From Dicyema japonicum (Eukaryota; Animalia; Dicyemida): a stretch of 64,000 nt of DNA. The translations under genes and the position numbers were made by a program. The DNA lies in the NCBI GenBank assembly GCA_011109175.1, contig RDEW01000016.1:558134-622133 (forward strand), written 5' to 3'. Shown in pieces: positions 24,400 through 38,134 of this stretch (position 1 is its first letter; each line of letters begins with the position of its first letter). A model generated the notes under the pieces. It was not told the origin of the DNA. It searched no databases and saw only the letters and a list, made by a program, of their open reading frames with translations.

Positions 24400-25900
24400 T
24401 GAAAAAAACAACATATTTAGATATTACTATATTGTATATCCAGTCAAATATTGACCATTATCAAGCAAGGACCCACTATCAAAAAATCAGAGAGAATCCT
24501 ATCCCTGGACAGGCTGATCTCATCTAACGTTAAGATAAAAGAGGAGAGCGAGTGGAATAGCCCCACCAGCAATTTATCAAAGCAGAAAAGCCTTTCGAGA
24601 TGTGGCAAACTCTCTAACGTTTTTATAATCCCGAAAAGACTTTCTCAGGCGATAACATGACGGACAAGACCCAGATAAACAGAATCATGAAATACTACGC
24701 TTCTGTCAGCTTCATACACCACAAGATTAAATAATAAACACCACAAGAAGTTCGAGGGTCCAACCCTCTAATTTATCAGACCCAAAAAAGATACTTCTAT
24801 AGACCAGATGCCATCCTACCCATTATATACAACAATCAGTCCACAAAAACTATATTCCTTCAATCTGGAAACTCTGAAATACGACCGATTCTAAAACCGG
24901 GAGAACCCTAGCACTCTCTAGAGTCATACAGCCAAATTTCCCATATATGCAGTTCTGTGAAAATCCCAGAAAAGCTCATCCTGATACGAATTAAACTATA
25001 CCTCACCTTCCAACACGGATTTAAAGAAGGCCTCTCCACGATAACCAACCTCACATGTTTAAAAATTCATCTAAAAAGGTCTTCAATGCAAACCCCATAT
25101 CAAAAGTCTCTGATGTGTCGACATTCGAAAACCGTTCGAATGTCCCAAGGAAAATTCTGACCAGAAGATCTTTGCCTCGGACATTCTGACCGAACTGAAG
25201 CTTTGGATTGCAAATTTACTGAGTGGTCGGAGAGGAAGAATTATAACATGCCAAATCTATAACAAAATTCCTACCAAACGGAGTACTACAGAGCTATCCA
25301 CTATCACCTATTCTGTTAAACTTCTTCCTCAGTGACATGCTAACCGACACCAGCAATAGCACACTAGTTCTCACATATGGTTGCCACATAATCGTCACAT
25401 TAAGAGACAATTGTGTTAGGACAGCATCTGACTGACTACAAGACTTACCAGAACACCTTGAGCATTTGGGTTGAGAATTTAATATCGAAAAGCTCTGATT
25501 CGATTCATTCATGACATTAAGCATAACACTATATCTTCCTGTCAAAGAAAACTTGTAAAGGCTCTCCTGGGTCACTATTAAGTTGCTTCATCTCATCAAT
25601 AAACTAACTCTACACACAATATATAAATGCAAACAACGATTAGCTATGAATGCATGTCGCTAAAACAAAAATGATCGTCAACTACCAAACAACAGTTACA
25701 AACACCCTCAAACGTATCTCGACTATCATATTACGCCCGAAACCATTCAAGGTCCTTCTTGAGAGAACGGGCGATCAAATGCTACCCCTGAAACATCGAT
25801 GTGTTCCATGGGTTTATAGAAAGTGTGTTAGATCGTGAGAAGAACATTGAGAAAAGTTGAGAAGGCTGCTATTGTGCGTGTCTCTTCTCCAACATAGCGG
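24400..25900 (+). mobile_element. decayed Ingi-like LINE (linker and RT)
   Basis: QHGFKEGLSTITNLT, LPNGV.Q, degenerate YADD-region motifs in several frames. Confidence 0.7.
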
Positions 25901-25959
25901 TTATTTTTGGTTTTTAAATAAAAAATAGAAGCAGTAAAGTGTTTAATGTTTTCTCTCGA

Positions 25960-26780
25960 GTCTGATGAGCTGTGGGTTCGATTTCCACACAACTACCTAC
26001 ATGATAGAATTATTCCTCTGTGCCTACTTTAAATTCTAGAGTGTCATGTAATCCATCTATTTCAGGAGATACCCAATGCCAGGGCGGCAAAGATCTGTTT
26101 TTTCTTTACTCTGCTGGAGGGACTCCCATAATATGGATGGATTTGATGGTTGAAAGGATGCGCTACAATCTAACCGTTAGAACTATTCAACGTTAATTGA
26201 CTCTTAATCTTTTTCTGGTATATCGAAAGTATTAAATAATATATTTGTCTTTATTATACTATCATTCTATTTATTAATTAACCCCGGATACACGACATCC
26301 AGTCAAACATTCTCCACGATTGGATTGTTAGAAATCAACTTACGATTTCTGCAACCAAGTCTATTTGTACTATTTTCACTTCGGACAGTCGTTCTAAGGA
26401 TGAACCAGGTATCTTTATTGGTCCCACTCGGATTCCAGTGACAAGGTCCCCACTGTCCTTGGAGTCAAATACGACAGTTTACTCAATTTTAACTCCCACG
26501 CAAAATACATGATCACCAGAGGCCTCCAGAAAATTAACGTTTTACGCGCCCTTGTCTGGAGGACCCCGAAGAATATGGACTTTTCTGTTTCTATCCTCTA
26601 CCAACAAACAATCGCGCCAGCCGTTGAGCTTTTTCGTACCGGCCTGGCACTGGGCGCAACCTAAACAGGTGGATCACATGACGCTCTCTAATAGGAAGAG
26701 AGAGAGGAGGAACGCACGAAAAACAGAAACTTCAGCCAATTACCCACGAAGCACCACATGGCGCCACGAGGCTATTCACT
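25960..26780. mobile_element. two short Ingi-tailed elements and an RT fragment in mixed orientation
   Basis: Plus copy 25960-26270; minus tail at 26270-26300; plus RT-end fragment 26300-26600; minus head 26610-26780. Confidence 0.6.
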
Positions 26781-27089
26781 TTTTATTCAACAAAGAGGAA
26801 AGGATAGTATGCAGTGTTTAACTGACAATCATGATAAAGACTTGATTAGTGGTTATTATGCCGTAATAATAATAACATCAGAGACCACGGTTACACTAAC
26901 TAACTAATCACGTGATCCTAGCACGCTCTAGCAGGGACCTCATCTTGGCGCGATACTCCTCCCTCGACCCCACACCAGCACGTATTATAATTGACTTGCT
27001 ACTTGGTTATGCCTGTGAAAAAAATTCTGAGAATCAAGGCCTCACGTGGATGTTAAAAATATGATTTTTTCAATAATAATAATTATTAT

Positions 27090-28025
27090 TAACCCAAGAA
27101 CACCAATAGTTAATTTAATTACTAAATTAAGTGTCCTTGAAGGCCTCAATCAAATTCCTCATCCTCTCATTGTGCGCCTTCTGGGATCCAACACAACTTA
27201 TATGTGGGCGGGGTGGTTGGGGAATAGAAATTGGATAGGGGTGGTGTATACCCTTCTCATAAGACACGTCTTGTTTGTTACTACTGAGAGTTGCACTGCC
27301 TGCACATGGTAGCAAATCCTTTCCATTTTGTCGGATAAAATCTTCAAGTGATGAGGATATTAGTTTTTCTAGTTTCCCGAGATTACTAATAGTAGTGGCT
27401 GTTAAGTCCTGAATGTCCCGGATTCTTTGCTTGTTCGTCCATGACGTCCATGACAGATTGATTCCCCATGAAGTGACAGATGGATCAATGAATTGTTTGT
27501 GTAACAATTTCAAAGCTAGAAAGTTGTTTTAATGCTACCGAAAATAGTTTTGATTATCCTTAGCTTTCTTGAGCAGCTTCCAAAGAAGCCGTCGATATGA
27601 GATAAAAAGGACATGTGTGTGTGTCGAAGTTGGTCCCCAAAATTTTCACTTTCTTCGTGAAATGTATTTTGTCTGGTTGATAAAAATATCCACTGTCATT
27701 TGTCCAAGTCGTTTGTCTGAGGTAAATAAGGAAGAAGATTTTTCAGTAGATATATCAAGCCGGTTATAATTTAGCCAAATTTGAATCTTGTGAAGGTATT
27801 CTTGTAGTTATTCTGATGCCTTTAGTTTTATATTTGGATGACGTAGAAGCCAAACAATTTTCTGGTTAGGATTTTCCTGGAGACAGAGTCAATAACCTTT
27901 TGTAAATCGATCAAGCAAACAACGGTTTTGATGGTGGCGAGGATTTATGTTAAAGCCTTCGAGGATAAGTTGGTTGAGAGCAGTGAGGTGGGTAGAAGTT
28001 GAATAACCCCCTTCTGAATCCATGT
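27090..28025 (-). mobile_element. decayed Ingi-like LINE (RT to 3' end)
   Basis: STSTHLTALNQLI, DSVSRKIL, LHKQFIDPS motifs; tail ggtgttcttgggttaataataa. Confidence 0.75.
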
Positions 28026-28159
28026 TGTGAGAATTAATAAATTTTTCACAATTTACATTAGCAAGGGAAATTAATTAATAATAATTTTGTTCTAATAAAA
28101 TATATTGTTTTAAAACATTAAATCTAAAAATTTAATTTCAAGTTTTTGTTGTCCACTTT

Positions 28160-29395
28160 ATGGATTCCATATCAAGTAAAAATAAACTAAACCTTAGATA
28201 AATTTATTAAGCCTGATGATAATGAAGTATCAAAATCCCAGATAATATCTAAGGATTCCAAAAGTTGGCGCAAAGATAAGGGAAATCAACCAGTCAGCAC
28301 TTCTCATGTGGATTTGTCGTCATTAGACCTAAACAGACTTGGTGCACGACTTGTGAAGGCAGAGATTATTGGAAATACGAAACTTGTCGAGGAAATTGAA
28401 GAACTCATGGAAAAACGAAGACTAGAAAGTAAGTCTCCAGACTCTCCTCTCCGCCCAATGAAGAAGTATTACAAAGAGTCGATAAAACAGGGAATATTTC
28501 ATTCACTAATTCTGTTAAAAGACAAAGTAGCCAACAAATTGATAGAAGTATGATTTATGAGGAGAGAAACAGTTCATTTGACTACGAAAGGGAGGCTCAA
28601 AGGTATTCTGTCAAACAAAGAATGACGGATAATCTTGACTTGACTGACTTTTTTGAGAAAAATGCTGGGAAATTAAGTGCCTTCGAAGGAACAGAAAAGT
28701 TGGACATTACCAGAGCCATTAGGGATCATAAAGTGGCTACAAGAGCTATGAACGAGTGCCAACTCTGTTATGAGAAGGTCTGTTTGGTGTCTCCTCACTT
28801 ATTAAATTTGACTGTTCCCGCTTTCAAGTCATTTGTGGATGGACACTCTCTGTTGTTGTCGGTAAACCACGAGGTGTCGTCGAGAGGGTGTCAAGAGGAT
28901 ACATTTGATGAACTAACAAAGTGGAAATCACATCTGGTCAAATTTTACAGAGATTACTACAACAAATCAGTTATGTTCATTGAGACATGCAAACGTATTA
29001 GTTCAGCCCCCCATATGACAGTGGAGTGTATACCAATTAAGAAATCATTGTTGGAGTCCTCCCCCATTTACTTTAAGAAGGCACTTATTGATGCAGAGGG
29101 GGACTGGACTGTTAATAAAACTGTAGTAGACTACAGAGGAAAAACATTAAGAACGGCAATTCCTACAGGATTCCCTTATTTTGCAGTAGAATTTGGTGAG
29201 GGAGGAGGTTTTGCCCACGTGATTGAGAACGAACGTGTTTTCAGCACTTACTTTGGGAAGGAGGTGATTGCAGGGATGGTTGATGGTGACTTGGACTGTT
29301 GGTATAACCCAAAAGTGGATGATTTTGTAACACAGAAAAGAAAAGCAGAAAAGATTAGAGAAAGATACTCACATTTTAAAACAAATATGTCTTAG
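28160..29395 (+). CDS. CWF19L2: CWF19-like protein 2 (about 400 aa; 22-nt intron at 28176-28197; one frame break near 28430-28470)
   Basis: LNRLGARLVKAEIIGN; ECQLCY; HMTVECIP; YFKKALIDAEGDW; IPTGFPYFAVEFG..GGFAHVIE; FGKEVIAGM. Confidence 0.9.
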
Positions 29396-32300
29396 TTATC
29401 TAGTTTGAAATAGTGCTGTATAAAAGGTTGCCTCCTCCATTTGCAGTCTATAATTTTTAACAAATTTCTCTATATATGAACTCCTTAGAACATGGGGAAG
29501 TCGATCCCTTAGGTAATATTACTATTTACTTGTCACGATTAACTCTAATCTTTGATCTGTATATTTCGAGAACTGTCCTGCGTATAAGTGATCCAAGGGT
29601 GTCTGGGTTAATAACCATTCCGTCATTCAAAGGTGATGTGTCCAATGAAGTGATTCTGAATATAAGCAAATAACACCTGTTAGAGACCACTCTAATGTAA
29701 ACACGGACTAGACCAGTTTTGAACGGAACGAGCAATATCCCAATCATCTCCCTTTTTTGCTTTGTCTTTGAATCATATGCATCACAAATTTGGTTTCCCA
29801 AATGGTCTATCATTCAAAATATAATCAACTGAGAGGAAATTTATCAATGTCATCTAAATTCTGAAACCAAGCCACAATAATGAGAGGATCATAGACGGAT
29901 CCTATTAGAGAGGGAATTTCAGTCACTATATTATTAAGCACACACAAACGAGGGGCAACAAAATCGGCGAAATATTTACCAATGTTGTGGGGATTGCACA
30001 TGTAGTTAATGAAGTCACCATCATCTTCCATATAATGAGACTTATTGTAAGGTTTTCTCAGAGGAGAGCAATTCACTAACAATTAACAATTTATTCCACT
30101 TTTTTGGCCCGATTCCAAACATAGTGAGGACGGTATGACGAAAGCCAGCTCATTTAGGACATCTGCCCAATATAGTATTTTGTTATCTCCGCCAAAGTCA
30201 CCCAAAAGTCTTTTGTTGGAGTTTGAACACGATTTTTGCTTCCAAAACTGATGGAAACAGCCAATAAATCCAGGAGAATCAACATGGTCTTCGAGTTTGA
30301 CTGGACTCCCCAACGACATTAGAAAGTTAATAAAATTCTGTGGGAGATCACTCAATGGTATCCCCTTGGAATATTAAACAAAAACAACATAATTAGATAT
30401 AATAGAATTTGAATCACACTGCCCATCACCCACATAACAGACAAAGGCAGTATTGTGTGTGCGTGTTGGAAGTAAATCCAACATCTTTAATTGGTGGAAA
30501 AAGTCACTCCCTGAGCTATCAAGATACCAGAAAACAGACTCCCTCTTATTCTAAAATAATTAAATTAAAACCCTGATGTTATCAAGGGAAATCAATCCTA
30601 AATATGAAAGTATAACTCGTGTCGCATACAAATGGTTCACATTCCTGAGATCATCAACACTACTACTGAATAACCAACAACTCTCACCTCGATGAGTCAC
30701 TCGTAAATGAACATGCTTCATCTTTATTTCTTTCCCCAATATTGAGATTTGTGTTGATTGCAATATTTTTCTCTTTTATTATTTGTTTTCCCACGAAATT
30801 ACTTAGATTTACACAATTTGCCTTCATTTCTACCTCCCCCATGGTTGGAATACTCATCTCACTTACACATGAGTACAATGACTACCAGTCCAAATTCTCA
30901 TCATATGTTGGATGGAAACATTTTGGTTGAGAATAATCGTCTAAAAGTGGAAATCGGGACGGATTAGAATCATTGGTTGTCTACAATCACCACCATAGTC
31001 ACCTGTTGGATCTGGATTAGAGGGGGAGATGGAATCTCAATCTTAAAGAATTTTCTAGAAAAAGGAGTCCTCAAAATAGCAATACATAAAGTAGTCTCTA
31101 CAATAGTAAAGCACACAGACTTCCCAAGGAAGTGTTGGTGGTCTGTTCTAGCAATGAGAGAATATGACAATTGTCCAATGCGAAATATTTAACATTTCCC
31201 TGATTAAACTCATCAAGATTGAGAATTTGATGAGCTGATCCTTCATCCAGTATCATACAATGAGGACATTGATTACAAGTCTGCATTATACTCAAATAAT
31301 CAACAGGATGACTCATTATGAGATTTATTATGAGTTCCCCAATATGTCTGAGTCGTGTCTTTGGAATATCAATGGCAGCAGAGAATTCTTTCTTTATTTG
31401 ACGATACTACCAAGTCACAAATAGTTTAAACATTTGATGAGGGCCTTTCGTGTATTTTCAAGTTCCTACGACTATCCGACTAGACATCATAAGCAACAAA
31501 ACCTGTGAACTGAAAATATACTCAACAGTCTCCATTATTAACCGAACACAGTATGGGTCCGCCAATATATCAAAAGAAGTAGTCAGCCATGCCAACAGAC
31601 AGTTGTAAGTGGCTAATAAAATGTTTGACAACTCCACCAATCCAGTGTCTGTTGACATTGTGTACTTAAATAACAGAAATGTCGACTTTTAGTTTAGCAT
31701 ATCCACAAATCCACATTATTGTCTTTCTTCGTTCGTTCGTGTGGCATAAATTAAAATGAATTCTCCCCAACTCAGCCAACGACTCGATTCCCAGCAAAAT
31801 CCGAGCATTCAAAACCCTCCAGTAATCAGTAATACACGTGGTTAATTTGTGAGAAAAAAAATCAATTCTGTCGATAGTTTGACCTGTCATGAGTGCAAAC
31901 CAAACCTTTATAGTACACTACAAAGTGTTTCTTGTAGTTGGCCTCACTAAAGGAGAGTTCTGTGACAGTCACAATAATCATATCTAATAGTTATACATGT
32001 TATACTCAGGATTTTTGATAGTTTACCAGATTCCAGCTTCATCGTTAGGGCATTCATAAGAATATCAACGAGCAGACTGCTCACATTTATCCAGGTTAAA
32101 TCTGCCTTCTTTGAAGTAGTCGAAAGACTAAGAAGTTTCATCTCCTGGTAGTAAGTCGGAATAGAAAAGACTGACAGGAGAATTTCTAAGCTTCCATTAA
32201 GAGCAGCGACGGTTTCAGAATCATGAGTTCTGTTGTAAAACAAACAAATACGTGTAAACATCATCATATTTGGCAAGAAAATCTCGAATTGATATTAAAA

Positions 32301-33935
32301 ATCTGTAGAGGATTATATTTGTGGCAGGTAAATCAAGCAAAAATAAATTTGCAGAGTTTGAAAATATATATAAAAGAACCAAATCATCTCGCTAACATTA
32401 AACGATTGAATACCTCTGTCGCATCTCCCATGATCTGTAGTAATACATAGTAGAATCGAATTAGATATATTGGGAGAACAGATTCGTTAGGTTTGATACT
32501 ACAGATTATGCGGCAAAGTATTCCACAAGCGATTGAGCACCCTTGATAATTGGATTTGCTAAATCTTTGATTACTGAAGAACTCTGTTCTCCCAAAGTCT
32601 CCATAAAGTCTGGAGAAAGGCATGAACAATTATATCTTGTTGCTATAATACGTTATATCACTCAACTGTAAACGGCTGCATAAAATATCCACTTTCCAAA
32701 GAGATTGAGTAAAGTGTCACAGTAAAAAATAGATACTCTAACGATGAGGTAATATATGGTACCCTTGGTTCGATTTTCTACAAAAGGCAGTGGAATCTTA
32801 AATAAAGAAAGGTAAAACCAATAAAGATGTCGACCACTTGGGAAATCCCATTCATTGCTGTCTTGAAGTTTCGTGTGATAGATCCCGCTGTTTTTAGATA
32901 TACGGTTGGATCGTAGTTGGATTTCGAGAGGGAATGCATGTAACACTCAAGAGTTTCGGGGGAAGACAGTCTGATAGGGTTGTCCAGAATGTGAAGGTAG
33001 TGAAACCAGCTCTTAGCCATTAATGATGAGGGGAGAGTGTAAAACAGCCGTTTAATACTGGAAAAGTCATCTCCAGGAGACCGAACAGGAATGTTGTAAT
33101 TATTAGGGAGCATTGAACATCGCCTTAGAATTTCATAGGTGGATTCCAAGACAATAGTAACCCATACCTCAACTGTTGCTGATCTGTCCAACCAAAGTTG
33201 ACAAAACTCAGCAAAGGTTCTCCACATTCGAGGAGAAGGGAAGAAATGGATTGAAGAAAGTGACCAAATAAAGAAAAGGTGAAATAAAAGAGGTTTATTG
33301 GTGATTCCAGCATCTAAAACATAAAATATGGTCAACTATGTTGCCAATCCAAGGATATTCGTATTTCAGTGGTCTGAAGGAAGAACTTTAAGACATTTTC
33401 CCACTCATCTCTCCTAAGTATAGTAGAATTCTCCAAAGCGTTCGATACTTTGGAGAGGACTAAAAAACAATGTTTGTTATGTAAAGAGTAGACCCTCCCC
33501 TCTATTATAAGTTTAAGAGTGACCTTTGTCCTTCCTGTTGTGCATAAAGTTGACTAACATTGAAAGAAGAAAGGGAAAGTAGTGGAGGATATCCTTTGAA
33601 ATGAGTTGGGGTACGTTGTCGGACTTGGAAGAAATGCTTTCTACCCACTTTGTGATGAGGAAGGCCACGTCTGAGACAATATTGTTATCCCCATAGTTCA
33701 TTGTAAGACAGTAGCATATTATCTCAAAAATCCAATTCAAGTCACGTTCTGTAGATAAAGAAATGTCAGAAAAGCAGAGTTTATCATCCTGGTGAGACTT
33801 TGAAGATTCCCATAATTGACGGATTGAAATGGTGGTAATCTCCTTAGCAGAGGCAGAATTGAATTTGTCTAGGAATGACGGAGTTGTGAGGGTATTTAAC
33901 AATTCAGTGGTGCATGAACACCATTTTCCATACAT
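29396..33935 (-). CDS. RALGAPB: Ral GTPase-activating protein beta subunit, many mini-introns (only partly parsed)
   Basis: N-terminus MYGKW..WIFEIICYCLT; FPSPRMWRTF..W; FLMSLG, ILYWADVLNELAFVIPS, IIVAWFQNLDDIDKFPL, PFKTGLVRV, PLNDGMVI..LGSLIRRTV, C-terminus FYTALF. Confidence 0.85.
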
Positions 33936-34859
33936 CGGCAAAATTCAATTATAAAGTTAATCCTTGTCTAATATTTTTTAAATTATTATTTAATAATAAT
34001 TTTATTATTTAGACAATTTATTACAATATGAATCTGAACTTTTGAAAAGAAGACATTTTGGGTTTACTGAGTTTCTGCAAAAAATAGGAAATAGTTACTC
34101 ATTCGGAGGAATCTCGATGAGTCTTGAGGATGGACACCCTGATCGAGATTCATTGTATTATTGCAAGTGGGATCACTTAATTACTTTGCTTTGACACCTT
34201 TCTTGATAGCTTTTTGGCTTCTTAAACGTATGTCTGTTTAATGGTGGTATATGATGAATTCTGTAAACGCTATTATTTCTCTAATTCAGCTATTGATAAT
34301 AATCTTATTTGTTTTATAGTTTTAAATTCAAGTGGGTTATTCTTTATTTACATGGAAAACAAAAAATTAGAGTTATAGACCGCAGTTCTAACTGCATGAC
34401 TAATACTCTCTGGACTGTAGGAAAATACGTTCGAGTAGCCAGCAGCATGCGCTAAGGTGGGGTTTCCGAATCTTTTAAGGAAAACGTAGGACGGATGCCG
34501 ATGACTCATGATGTTTCAGTGCTGAGAGGAACAAATACACATCACTGGGGAGATCAGCATACCTTTGACGCTTTAATGTTTTGTTTTTCCAAACGATTGA
34601 AAAGACATTGGGTAGCACTATGAGGTAATTTGTTCAAAACGAAAGTGGCTGTGACATCTAAACTCGAGTCTATTATAAAAATTGAAAACCATCAGTGTAG
34701 TTAACGTAAAATTCAAGTCTTTGGAAAAAGTTTAAACTAATTTGTATTTTTATGAAGAAAACTACGTCCTTCTTCAACTATAAGAACGCAAACTGGAGAG
34801 ATTATACAACTTTCACAGACATAATGCTACAAAACTTCACCAATTTATTCAAATTTATT

Positions 34860-35690
34860 GATGGAGCTGTGTAAAAACCTGAATAACGTGATCTTACTGG
34901 GAAGAAAACTATTTATTCAAGATGTTCCTTTCAGGCAATACAACGATAAACTAGATCGAGAAACTAGAGCCCTCATCAAAGAAAGGAATCAGCTTAAAAG
35001 AAATCTTCCACCTTTCCCCTGGAGGAGAAGCCAAATCAAGAGCCTCAACGACGCAGTCGCACAGAGGTTGAAATCATTTCAAAGGAATGAATGGAAAGCA
35101 GATCAGAGGTCTTTGCAAGCATAAATCCACGCAATACATGTGGAAGACATTAAAAAGCTCGGACCATATACGAAACCTAATAACATAGACCAGCCAAATG
35201 TCCAAATAAACAACCTTATAAAGTTTTATGTCGGAATCAGCCACAAGATATTTTTGAAAACCAGCCCTTCCTTTACGACCACGAAGCCAAAAAAGGTCTT
35301 TTTCACGATATTGCTTATCACATTCCGATATTTGGACTGATATCAAAAACACAAAATCTTCCCTCTCCTGCGGTCCTGATTTGATTCCGGCTATTTTGCT
35401 CAAATATCTTGGTCCAATTGAAATAGAAACGCTCCAGAACATCTTTAACTTTTTAATAAACCATAACTAAAATCCAGACATTTGGAAACAGTCCAACATA
35501 CACCCAATTCTCAAGCCGGGAAGGCCGAAGAGCGACCCCTCTTCGGGAGAAGCTGAGAAAAATCGTCATGATCACCTAATAAATTTCAAGAGATTAACTA
35601 TTGGTGTTTTTGGGTTAATAATAATTATAATATTAAATTAATTTCAAGATATTAACTACTGGTGTTTTTGGGTTAATAATAAATTAATTT
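34860..35690 (+). mobile_element. Ingi-like LINE fragments with a tandemly duplicated 3' tail
   Basis: RALIKERNQLK linker; ttaactattggtgtttttgggttaataataa twice within 35580-35690. Confidence 0.65.
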
Positions 35691-35713
35691 CAAATATTTT
35701 ATCAACTGGGTTA

Positions 35714-37169
35714 ATGATGAAATTAAATGTTGTCTTAACAAAAATTAACAGGAGTCTTTCTTCAGTAAATCCACAGGTTTGAGATCCTCAAGTATATCTT
35801 CAGGCTGTTTACATTGTCGGCGCTGCAAGAACTCCAATAGGATGTTTCAAAGGCCAATTGAGTGATGTGGGAGCTATTCAACTAGGCGAAATGGCTGTAA
35901 AAGGAGCATTGGAGAGAGCAAAATTAAATGCTACCAACGTTGACGAATTTTTCCTTGGAATTGTCAACTCTGCTGGATTAAAGCAGGCTCCGGCAAAACA
36001 AATCGCCCTAAATTCTGGTTTGATTCTTCTCTGATGACAGGAATGAATGTGAAGACACCCACGACTAGTCTTTCGAAAATGTGCGCTTCAGGAATGAAGA
36101 GTATAATGTTGGGTAGTCAAACCCTCATGTTGAACCACCAGGTTTAGTAAATGTCAATATTTAAGAAAATTGTAGTTGCAGCAGGAACAGAGAGCATGTC
36201 AAACACTCCATACATTATTCGTCGATTTGATTCCCCATATGGAGGCTTTTCTGCTCTTGTATTTGTGTTTAATTCACTCAGGACTTACTTTTAGAGGATG
36301 GACTATTAGACGCTTATAATGGCCAGCATATGGTTTTTGCTAAATTTCATAAATTAGGGCCTCTGTACTGAAAATATTATCAGGAAAATGGGGATTTCAC
36401 GTGCTCAGCAAGATGAATATGCCATATTAAGCTACAATCGGGCTATTAATGCTACAAAAACTGGAATATTTCTCAAAGAAATTGTTCCTGTTCCTTTACC
36501 TAGTTTTTACTTTTTATTACTTAGAATCCAAGTCTATGATGGAGGACGAAGAAATTGCAAGAGTCAAGTTTGAGAAAATCCCCCATTTGAAGCCTGCCTT
36601 TCTTAAGGGTCCTTTTTCTGTTTACTTTAGAAGGAGGAACAATAACTCCCGCAAATGCTAGCAAAATTAACGACGGGGGGGCTGCTTGCGTTCTAGCTTC
36701 TGACATTGCAGTTTCTGAATACTCACTAAATCCAATCTCCCAGATTATTGGTTTTCATTTTAATAGGGAGGTTGTAGGTTTTGCCGATTCTGGGACTAAT
36801 CCATCAGAGTTTTCCTATGCCCCTGTGCTTGCAATTAAGAAGGTTGTTGGAGGAGATTAGTTTATAGCTTCTCGAAAGTTTAAAACTGAAAGTTGATGAT
36901 GTGGCCGTCTGGGAAGTCAACGAGGCTTTTAGTGCAGTTCCATTGATGGTTCACAAGGAGTTGGGGATTGATGTTGAAAAGTTGAATGTTAATGGAGGGG
37001 CTGTGGCATTAGGTCATCCAATTGGGTGTTATTATTGTAATTAATCAGAATGTCGGGGACTAGGATTACTAATCATTTGGCTCTTCATCTTAAACCGGGA
37101 CAGTTCGGAGTAGCTGCAATTTGTAACGGTGGTGGAGGAGCTTCAGCAATATGCTTAAAAGGACTTTAA
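35714..37169 (+). CDS. ACAT1: mitochondrial acetyl-CoA acetyltransferase (thiolase), 10 introns of 22-27 nt
   Basis: Spliced ORF with AARTPIG, KMCASGM (catalytic Cys), [39 protein letters not shown]. Confidence 0.95.
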
Positions 37170-38134
37170 CATTCTTTATTCTACTAATCCTTAGCCAATT
37201 AAAATGCCTCAGTATTATTTGTGAACTCACTCAAAAGTGACTGTAAGCCTGATGACTAATTAAAACACTTGGTAGAACGGCTTTCTTCATTTAGAGTGGA
37301 GTTATGTAATTAAATGGATCACTCTATTGGTGGGATTCTAACAACTGGAAAGACATTTTATTCCTTTTCCGTTAGTTCGGGATGTAATGTTAAAGGAGGC
37401 GACGACTATTCTATGATTGGATAGGTTTTGTATTCATTATACAATTTTGAATCTATTATTAATTTTTTATGGCCGAGCCTATAAACCGCATAAACCATTG
37501 TATACAATTCATGGGAGGATACGTCTTGTTGGGTGCTTTAATGCTGTATCTTATAGGAAGGTATACTCGTGAAAGGAAGGCTACGGCAAATTTTGTGGCC
37601 ACAGGAATACCTCACCTTTCTTAATGATTGTTTAAATAGCCTATTATTAGTAATAATATCAGGTGGCCAAAGAAAATTCAGAATAAGAAAGTAAATCGTG
37701 CATAATAATTTAACTAATTTTCCAAATCGCTCTCCTCTTGGAATGTACTACAACCGATCCTCATCTCCTTATTTCGAGTCAGTCACTTCTCCACCATCAT
37801 AGAATGGTGTATCCACATAGTTCACACATTTTACTTCCACAATATAAAGTCTTCATCGGAGACCCTGTGCTTGTGATCAACAACCATACTTTCCTAAGTT
37901 TTTTTTCAAGCTGAGTGGCAAGTGATAAACATTTTTTTTCTTCCATTGGTTACATATTATTATTAACCTCAGGCTTACCATTTTAAGCCCAGCACAAACA
38001 GTCATAACTAGGTCGGAAGTTGTTCTATTTAGGATAAAAAATAGGACATTGTCCTATTTCAAAGATAAAATTGTCTTAATATAGGACAATTATTTTGATT
38101 GATTTTTAATTTTGTTAGTATTATTTCATTTTTA

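Noticed and set aside
25962-26000. CTGATGAG followed by a hairpin (hammerhead ribozyme?)
   Set aside because: There is no GAAA after the stem, and the segment fits a Pol III B box (ggttcgatt) better.
28430-28467. 35- or 38-nt GTAAGT intron as the fix for the CWF19L2 frame break
   Set aside because: It is possible, but outside the 21-27 nt range and C-rich. A missing C in the ccc run explains the break equally well. Unresolved.
34012-34194. 60-codon open frame upstream of RALGAPB
   Set aside because: It has no recognisable homology or start codon and ends in the gggatcacttaatt LINE 3' motif.
37469-37624. 51-aa ORF with one hydrophobic segment
   Set aside because: It could be a small membrane protein, but no family was recognisable and it is too short to support.
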